From Bacteroidales bacterium UBA1205 (lineage in GTDB: Bacteria; Bacteroidota; Bacteroidia; Bacteroidales; WCHB1-69), in the NCBI GenBank assembly GCA_002309615.1, contig DBXT01000042.1, forward strand, positions 2,154 to 66,153: DNA of 64,000 bases, written 5' to 3'. A program made the position numbers and the translations under genes. How positions within the stretch are numbered: position 1 is the first letter of the stretch; every line of letters begins with the position of its first letter. Below are positions 32,741 to 38,418 of the stretch, piece by piece. The notes beneath the pieces were generated by a model. It ran no database searches, was not told the DNA's origin, and saw nothing but the letters and a program-made list of their open reading frames with translations.

Positions 32741-32930
32741 TCCTGCTGTACGGTTTGACGGCCGTATTGATGTCAATGATATGCAAGGATGCCATTTCAT
32801 CCAAAAAAGCATATACGCTTTTGTGTGTGATATGCTATGGATTTTCCCGAGCATGAACGGCACATGCCGCAACCGACAACATCACTATACCCGCAATTTT
32901 ATATATAATACTCTTTTTCAAACTTTTCAT
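32741..32930 (-). pseudogene. Truncated, stop-interrupted 5' fragment of a wzi-like gene
   Basis: It translates as MKSLKKSIIYKIAGIVMLSVAACAVHARENP*HITHKSVYAFLDEMASLHIIDINTAVKPYS, against MKTLKQSIIYKIAGIVLLSVVAFAVHAQENPLHISHKSVYAFLDEMASLHLIDINTAIKPYS in the intact gene. It has an in-frame TAG, and homology ends at the ATPase stop. Confidence 0.8.
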
Positions 32931-32969
32931 CTTTCCACCGACCTTATTGTGCATGACTATTGTAAAATA

Positions 32970-32977
32970 CAAAAGTA
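32970..32977 (-). promoter_or_regulatory. Orphan copy of the wzi-like -7 promoter box
   Basis: It has the same CAAAAGTA context as 31180-31187. It points into the pseudogene fragment and then antisense into the ATPase 3' end. Confidence 0.4.
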
Positions 32978-33159
32978 CTAAATAAATGTGAAATATGAAC
33001 ATTTGCAAGCAAGAAATTTTTGCTTGTTGATTTTTGGGTGGCACTTTTATGCTACATGAGTAAAAAATGACAGTTTATTATAGTAGCGTGCCTTCGGCAC
33101 GCGAGAGGGAGCGGAGTGTATATTCTCTCCTCCATATTGCGACCTGCGGTCTTGTATGG

Positions 33160-33192
33160 AGTTAATAAAATAGTGTGCCGGAGGCACACTAT
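33160..33192 (-). terminator. Putative terminator of the protease-RT operon
   Basis: A perfect 10 bp stem ATAGTGTGCC/GGCACACTAT (33170-33179 / 33183-33192) with loop GGA. On the minus strand it is followed by TTTATTAAC. Confidence 0.55.
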
Positions 33193-33208
33193 TTCGCTTA
33201 TCTTATTA

Positions 33209-33233
33209 ACTTCGCTTGATTCCTAATGACAAG
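33209..33233. repeat. Cassette-flanking imperfect direct repeat, copy A
   Basis: ACTTCGCTTGATTCCTAATGACAAG compares with ACTTCGCCCGATTCCCAAAGACGAAC at 36650-36675, about 19/25 identical. The preceding TTATT is also shared. Confidence 0.5.
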
Positions 33234-33309
33234 ATTTAGCAAATATTCAATCTATTCTACAATATTTTTGTTTTTAAAGTTTTTTAGAACTAAATATTAT
33301 ATACAACGA

Positions 33310-34992
33310 TCACACATATCTACTAAAGTTCTCAACTTCGTGATATTCAATATACTCAGTCAACCTATTAATTTCGTCTTCATTAATACAAGAGTTGTCC
33401 GGATTTTGAAATATATTCTTAATATCTTCTTTTAACCAATCAATGTTCCAGATACTTTCGTTTGCATTTGCAGCATATTGGCATAAAGGTTCTGAAAATT
33501 CTTTATTGCGGTTTTCTTTAATAGTCAATCTTTGTAGCCATATTTCCAAATAACCCACATTAGGTAGCTGATCAAATTTTTTCAAGATTTTCTCAATTAC
33601 TTCTTTTTTCTTATTAGTATCTGGCTCTTGTGATAAAATCTTGCTTACGATAGCAACGAATGTTTTGTATACCTTTGGATTATTGAAAGCAATATTTGTT
33701 AATATACTAATTAAGACATCTGAAGAACCGAATTCTTTATATAAATCCAATTTTTCTGTTTCTGAAATCCATTTGAAGAACAAATCCATTGATTTTTGAA
33801 CAGAACCTGAGTTCGGGTATTCTTGTGCTAATCTGTTTATACGCAACAGATGTTTCTGTAAACTATATTTGTTATCTTTTTTTTCTAAATCCTTGTAGCC
33901 ATTCGTAATATAATACAATTTGTCAGGCTTGATTGCTCCGTTTATTATATCCTGAGTTATCATTGTTTTCTGAGTGTTGAGTCTAAAATTCAAACTTGAC
34001 AAAACCTCCGTTAAGATTTTAGCAATTTTAATGACGTCCTCTTGCGAGTTTCCAAAAATGCGATAATCATCACGATAACGTAAAATTCGGTAGTCTGATA
34101 TTTTTGCCTTAAAAATCTTTTCAGATAACAACAAATCAGCATAACCCAACACTATTTCTGCAATAAAATCCATTAAAACACTGCCTTGAGGGATGCCATT
34201 AGTTTGTTGATATGACATGGATTGTATACGTGAATCAATAATATCACCTACTGTATATCGGTTCTTAACTTGTTGTAAATAAATAATAGCTTCACTACTT
34301 CCATCTAAAAATTTAGTATTACAAACACTTAGCAACTCAGCATTTAGTTCAACTTCTTTATTTTTATTTCTGTATTTATGTTTAATTTTTGCATTCTCTT
34401 TTCCACACATTGCCCATGTTATAGAGTGTGTATAAATCGATCCATAACAATCTGTTATGTCGGTTGTTATTAGATAATTGAAATTCATAGCCAACTTTAT
34501 GGATTGCTGTTCAATTTCCTCCCACCAATTTAGAATCGTATTTGTACTATTTTTCTGTTTCGACAAATTAATAATAGGTAAACTATAGCATTTAATTTTA
34601 TCGTTTTTTGCAAACTCCTGAAACCTTTCAACTATCAATGCCCAATTATCTTCTTTTGTAATTTCATTGACTAAATAAACATATAGTACTGGGTTAATAA
34701 TTTGCAAAGGACGCCACGAAAATCGTCCATCTTTATTTTGAAAGAAATGATAATTGACGTTTTCAATTGTCTTAGGTTCTACATCCAAAATATCGCTTTT
34801 TTGTGTTTTATTTTCTTTATACTTATATCTCTTGCATACAAGGAAACTTGTCAATTCGTTTAACAATTTTTGAAAATCAAAATATTTAGGCAAGCAGATA
34901 TTACAAAACGATTCTTGTCTCAAAAAAAAATGTTTTGCTTCTTCTGCTGAAGCATCAATGATAAAAGTATTCATAAATCTTTTTTCTATCAA
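33310..34992 (-). CDS. Reverse transcriptase, AbiK/Abi-P2/UG-like, with a ~215 aa helical C-terminal domain
   Basis: RT motif A is 'ITTDITDCYGSIYTHSITW' (aa 175-193), motif B 'NGIPQGSVLMDFIAEIVLG' (aa 265-283), motif C 'RYRDDYRIFG' (YRDD = nt 34066-34077) and motif D/E 'LNFRLNTQKT'. The track start at 34992 is TTG. The first ATG is at 34974 (MNTFIID). Confidence 0.85.
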   Translation of the reverse strand: MIEKRFMNTFIIDASAEEAKHFFLRQESFCNICLPKYFDFQKLLNELTSFLVCKRYKYKENKTQKSDILDVEPKTIENVNYHFFQNKDGRFSWRPLQIINPVLYVYLVNEITKEDNWALIVERFQEFAKNDKIKCYSLPIINLSKQKNSTNTILNWWEEIEQQSIKLAMNFNYLITTDITDCYGSIYTHSITWAMCGKENAKIKHKYRNKNKEVELNAELLSVCNTKFLDGSSEAIIYLQQVKNRYTVGDIIDSRIQSMSYQQTNGIPQGSVLMDFIAEIVLGYADLLLSEKIFKAKISDYRILRYRDDYRIFGNSQEDVIKIAKILTEVLSSLNFRLNTQKTMITQDIINGAIKPDKLYYITNGYKDLEKKDNKYSLQKHLLRINRLAQEYPNSGSVQKSMDLFFKWISETEKLDLYKEFGSSDVLISILTNIAFNNPKVYKTFVAIVSKILSQEPDTNKKKEVIEKILKKFDQLPNVGYLEIWLQRLTIKENRNKEFSEPLCQYAANANESIWNIDWLKEDIKNIFQNPDNSCINEDEINRLTEYIEYHEVENFSRYV

Positions 34993-34995
34993 ATA

Positions 34996-36618
34996 TTATT
35001 TCTTCAATTCTATCTCATAAAAACACCATCCACCCTCTACAGTTTCTCTTAAATTCATTTCAGTTGTAGCGAACGGAATAGGAGGAAAGTATAATGTGAA
35101 TGTTATATCTTCTCCATTAGAGAAAAAATATGTTTTTTGCGGAGCTATTGCTATTCCTTCTGCTTTTGTCATTGTATACGCTCTCCCATTAACAGATAGA
35201 TAAGTATTCTTATCAATATAGCAATAATCAGCGTAAGAATCACCTATTTTATTATTGGCAATAATCTCAACTGCTGTATATTCTTTTTTCAAAGTAACAC
35301 TTTTGATTTTTGTATTTTCTGCCGATGCCGATTTAGTTCTTACCGTGGGCCAATATATTGTATTGGAAGAATTTACATTGGGCGATACACTTCGCTCATT
35401 GTAAGATGATTGTGTTGAAGAATTAGCGGACGTTGATTGATTAGAACACTTAATCAAAAAAACAAAGTTTTTTAAACTTTTGACTTTGTCGCTTAATTTC
35501 ATTCCGGAAACTGTATTGTTTGTTGGCAGTACGGATGTTAACGATGCACTTTCCACAAGATTTCTCAACAAAGAAGTTTTAATTGCATAACCGACATTTT
35601 CCGCTCCAATATGTTTAGCATTGACAATGCCTATAAGATTGCCATTATTATCAAAGAGAGGACCACCACTATTTCCCGGCTGTACAGGTGCTGAAATTTG
35701 ATACAAAGATGCATCTCCCTGAAAACCTGTTTTGGAGCTTATCACACCTGTGGTAAGTTTTATTTCATCTCCCATGGTACTTGTCAAAGGATAACCCAAA
35801 ACAAATATTTCTTCTCCGACTTCAGATGTACTTGTTTTTATTTTGTATGGTAATGTTCCGAATCCTTTAAATCTGTTATCGTTTATTTTTAATATTGCCA
35901 AGTCATTTATTTTGTCCGTAGCTACAACTGATGCCGAATATGAAACATCAAAATTTCCGTTTACACCATTAATGTTGATAGATTTAGCATCTTCTACAAC
36001 ATGGTAATTTGTTACAATGTAACCATTGTTTAATGCAAATCCTGTTCCTGACCAATTTTCAATTTTTGACTCTTCCTCTCTTTCTTTAATTTCTCTTTCA
36101 GCTTGCCAATACATTTCTTTTGTAGGATAGGTTTTTATTAATTTATAGTGCAATATACATTTTGCTGATGCTGCAGCATCTCTTCCCATAGATTTAGCAA
36201 GAGCTTCTTTCGGTATGTTCAATTTAAAATCTAACGTTGTTCCGTTGTACAATGTAACCCATTCTTCCATAGAGTAATCCTTAAAGGTTTGTGTAAATCT
36301 ATATTGGTTAGATTCTCCGATTCTTGAAAAAATAGCTGCTCCTCCATCTTGACCTCCAATAGCATATCTATTATTGCCTATTTTTTGAATAAAAATAGTT
36401 TCAAAAGTATTATTAGGAGGGAAAGCCCTACCGAGAGCAAAAACTTGACTAGACATAGACATTTCATACACCCCTTCAATTGGATCTAATGAGCTGATAT
36501 TATTTTTGAAATATTCTTTTGCTCTAATCAGATCTGTTCTAGTTTGTCCCATTACACTTGCAACAACACACATTAAAAGTATGCACATACATAATTTGGA
36601 AATTCTATTTGTTTTCAT
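34996..36618 (-). CDS. Exported trypsin-like (S1/Trypsin_2-type) serine protease with unknown N- and C-terminal domains
   Basis: The signal peptide is MKTNRISKLCMCILLMCVVASVMGQ. The catalytic triad context is 'TNYHVV' (His206), 'INDLAILKI' (Asp239) and 'GNSGGPLF' (Ser317). An S/N/T-rich linker spans aa ~391-420. The stop lies 3 nt (TTG start) or 21 nt (ATG start) before the RT start. Confidence 0.85.
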   Translation of the reverse strand: MKTNRISKLCMCILLMCVVASVMGQTRTDLIRAKEYFKNNISSLDPIEGVYEMSMSSQVFALGRAFPPNNTFETIFIQKIGNNRYAIGGQDGGAAIFSRIGESNQYRFTQTFKDYSMEEWVTLYNGTTLDFKLNIPKEALAKSMGRDAAASAKCILHYKLIKTYPTKEMYWQAEREIKEREEESKIENWSGTGFALNNGYIVTNYHVVEDAKSININGVNGNFDVSYSASVVATDKINDLAILKINDNRFKGFGTLPYKIKTSTSEVGEEIFVLGYPLTSTMGDEIKLTTGVISSKTGFQGDASLYQISAPVQPGNSGGPLFDNNGNLIGIVNAKHIGAENVGYAIKTSLLRNLVESASLTSVLPTNNTVSGMKLSDKVKSLKNFVFLIKCSNQSTSANSSTQSSYNERSVSPNVNSSNTIYWPTVRTKSASAENTKIKSVTLKKEYTAVEIIANNKIGDSYADYCYIDKNTYLSVNGRAYTMTKAEGIAIAPQKTYFFSNGEDITFTLYFPPIPFATTEMNLRETVEGGWCFYEIELKK

Positions 36619-36649
36619 AAATCTATATTTGATATGTTAACATTTATTC

Positions 36650-36675
36650 ACTTCGCCCGATTCCCAAAGACGAAC
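36650..36675. repeat. Cassette-flanking imperfect direct repeat, copy B
   Basis: See copy A. This copy lies 31 nt upstream of the protease ATG. Confidence 0.5.
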
Positions 36676-36701
36676 AAAACAAAAAACACTCAAAACCACA
36701 T

Positions 36702-36741
36702 AAAAAAAAGCGCGGGAATCAGAACTTTTGCTCATCCCGCG
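36702..36741 (-). terminator. Intrinsic terminator/attenuator-like hairpin at the 3' end of the structured RNA
   Basis: The minus strand reads CGCGGGA-U-GAGC-AAAA-GUUC-UGA-UCCCGCG-C-UUUUUUUU. The outer stem is 7 bp, the inner stem 4 bp, and a U8 tract follows. Confidence 0.6.
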
Positions 36742-37010
36742 TACAAGGTCTTCGCATTACCTACCAACCGAGGATAAGCAATGCCGAAGCCCACGCTGTA
36801 CGTATAAACGGATTTTAGGACATCCGCTATATAAAGACGCTATTCAATAGTGCCTTTCATATACAATACCATGGACACTGATCATTGCCTTACCGTGCGG
36901 TTGGTGTAGAATTTGCGAAGTTCTGTACGCCGCAGATAAAACGTCAGTTCAACGTCTTTTCTATGTTTTGTCGTCCACCCGCAAACCCGTCAAGGCTTCG
37001 GATGTTTGAC
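36702..37010 (-). ncRNA. Candidate ~300 nt structured non-coding RNA, or structured leader of the protease-RT operon; family unknown
   Basis: No ORF is present and GC is higher than in the neighbouring DNA. It has a -7 box at its 5' side and a hairpin plus U-tract at its 3' side. Long-range complementarities are 36750-36756/36914-36920 (7 bp), 36763-36770/36898-36905 (8 bp) and 36784-36791/36994-37001 (8 bp), with several local hairpins. The 5' boundary is approximate. Confidence 0.5.
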
Positions 37011-37014
37011 ACTG

Positions 37015-37022
37015 CAAAAGTA
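37015..37022 (-). promoter_or_regulatory. -7 promoter box (TACTTTTG on the minus strand) for the structured RNA/operon
   Basis: The plus strand reads CAAAAGTA. A TTTG lies upstream on the minus strand at 37052-37049, which is longer than ideal spacing. No other TAnnTTTG was found between here and the protease ATG. Confidence 0.4.
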
Positions 37023-37080
37023 ATAAAAAAAATGATATAAAAAACCAACAAAGTCAATTTGTTGAAAAAAATATCTGCAA

Positions 37081-37181
37081 GGACGTTTCATGAAACGTCC
37101 CCACAATATCATGGTGAGTTTTCACTATAGGTGGCTTTGACAAGCTCAGCCACCCATGTAAGGACGATGTGTACATCGTCC
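37081..37181. repeat. Three GC-rich stem-loops in the divergent intergenic region
   Basis: H1 is 37081-37100, GGACGTTTCATGAAACGTCC, a perfect 20 bp palindrome. H2 is 37130-37154, GGTGGCT..AGCCACC. H3 is 37162-37181, GGACGATGTGTACATCGTCC. H1 and H3 share the frame AAGGACG-N-CGTCCC(C/G)ACA. Confidence 0.6.
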
Positions 37182-37248
37182 CGACAGGTATCTCTCCATT
37201 AAGGTATGTATTGTCCATACAAATATCGGAATATTAATAAAAAAATAC

Positions 37249-37256
37249 TATCTTTG
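37249..37256 (+). promoter_or_regulatory. -7 promoter box TATCTTTG immediately upstream of coaE
   Basis: It ends 5 nt before ATG 37261, which implies a leaderless or near-leaderless mRNA if functional. Confidence 0.35.
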
Positions 37257-37260
37257 CAGT

Positions 37261-37839
37261 ATGAAAAAAATAGGGATTACCGGATATATCGGCAGTGGAA
37301 AAACCACGGCATGTATGATATTTGAGCATTTGGGAATTCCGGTGTATTATAGCGACAAGCAGGCCAAAGAGGCTTACAAGCAGGCGGAGATACAGGAGCA
37401 GATAGTGCAAATTGCGGGAGCGTCGGTGTATGAACACGGTGTACTCAACACTTCAGTTTTGGCGGATATTATATTCCGGCAGCCGGAGAAATTAGCACTT
37501 GTCAACGGAATTATACACCCTTATGTATGGAATCATTTTTTGCAGTGGTGTGAACAACAAGAGAGTGCCTATGTTTTGTTCGAATCCGCAATTTTGTTTC
37601 AAACGGGGTGGCATTCCCGCTTCGAAGATGTTATACTCATCCGCACGCCCATGGAAGAGTTGTACAATCGTATTCAATTTCGCAATCATTGGACTATCGA
37701 ACAAATATCTCGGCGGCTGCAACAGCAGAACATTTCTCCCGAGGCGGTTGAAACCTGCAAATACATAGTCGATAATGCGGAAGCAGACTTGATGCTGCCT
37801 CAAATATTGCAAATTCACAACGAAATTCTAAGCGAATAA
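37261..37839 (+). CDS. coaE: Dephospho-CoA kinase
   Basis: 'IGITGYIGSGKTT' P-loop, ~190 aa, typical CoaE length and layout. Confidence 0.88.
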   Translation: MKKIGITGYIGSGKTTACMIFEHLGIPVYYSDKQAKEAYKQAEIQEQIVQIAGASVYEHGVLNTSVLADIIFRQPEKLALVNGIIHPYVWNHFLQWCEQQESAYVLFESAILFQTGWHSRFEDVILIRTPMEELYNRIQFRNHWTIEQISRRLQQQNISPEAVETCKYIVDNAEADLMLPQILQIHNEILSE

Positions 37840-37893
37840 GAAAAAAATATTGAAAATTCATTCTGCTTTTGCTTAAAGAATAAAAAAAAATGA

Positions 37894-37901
37894 TACCTTT
37901 G
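37894..37901 (+). promoter_or_regulatory. -7 promoter box TACCTTTG upstream of gcvH
   Basis: TACCTTTG lies 78 nt upstream of ATG 37979. Confidence 0.45.
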
Positions 37902-37978
37902 CCATTACGAAAGGCTTTTTGAAGAAGAAGCACAAATAGTTAACAATCACGTAATTAACAATATAAAAAATTTAATAG

Positions 37979-38359
37979 ATGAAAGTTTTAGAAAATTTAA
38001 AGTACACGCAAGACGATGAATGGATAAGAGTGGAAGGTGATATTGCATACGTAGGTATCACTGACTATGCTCAACATGAATTAGGAGATATAGTATTTGT
38101 TGATGTTACCAGTGAAGGCAGTTCATTGGATAAAGAAGAAGTTTTCGGTTCTATTGAAGCCGTTAAAACAGTAGCTGATTTACTTATGCCCGTAGCCGGC
38201 GAAGTAATGGAATTCAATGCTGAATTGGAAGCTAATCCTGCATTAATCAACACCAATCCGTACGATGAAGGTTGGATTATCAAAATGAAAATGAATAATC
38301 CTGCTGACGTAAACGAACTTTTAACCGCAGCACAATATAGCGAAAAAATAGGTTTATAA
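37979..38359 (+). CDS. gcvH: Glycine cleavage system H protein
   Basis: '[20 protein letters not shown]' carries the lipoyl-Lys motif (E-x-V-K). Length is 126 aa. Confidence 0.93.
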   Translation: MKVLENLKYTQDDEWIRVEGDIAYVGITDYAQHELGDIVFVDVTSEGSSLDKEEVFGSIEAVKTVADLLMPVAGEVMEFNAELEANPALINTNPYDEGWIIKMKMNNPADVNELLTAAQYSEKIGL

Positions 38360-38381
38360 TCGCTAATGCTACCATAAAAAA

Positions 38382-38410
38382 ATAGGGAGTGTGTACTCCC
38401 TATTTTTATT
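38382..38410 (+). terminator. Rho-independent terminator after gcvH
   Basis: Stem ATAGGGAGT/ACTCCCTAT with loop GTGT, followed by TTTTATT. Confidence 0.75.
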
Positions 38411-38418
38411 ATCATTTC

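Larger units (their letters stand above)
32741..33068. repeat. Direct repeat copy 2 (diverged duplicate of the wzi-like 5' end plus promoter)
   Basis: See copy 1. This copy begins immediately after the ATPase stop codon (32737-32739). Confidence 0.85.

Noticed and set aside
36702-37010. The structured RNA as a housekeeping RNA (tmRNA, RNase P RNA, SRP/4.5S, 6S) or a known riboswitch.
   Set aside because: On either strand I did not find the tmRNA 5' GGGGCUGA or the 3' tRNA-like end with a tag ORF. The RNase P GAGGAAAGUCC/ACAGAA motifs, the SRP GGAA/AGCA domain IV motif, the B12 box (GCCACTG) and TPP/FMN/SAM cores were also absent. A 6S-like simple rod does not fit the crossing helices. This is by-eye only; an Rfam scan is still needed.
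33310-37022. Classifying the RT locus as a retron, a group II intron, a DGR or a CRISPR-associated RT.
   Set aside because: There is no retron-type VTG/NAxxH signature and no obvious msr/msd inverted-repeat architecture. There is no maturase/X or endonuclease domain and no intron domain V-like sequence. There is no template/variable repeat pair or target gene, and no CRISPR array or cas genes in the window. A divergent retron-like system cannot be excluded without profile searches.
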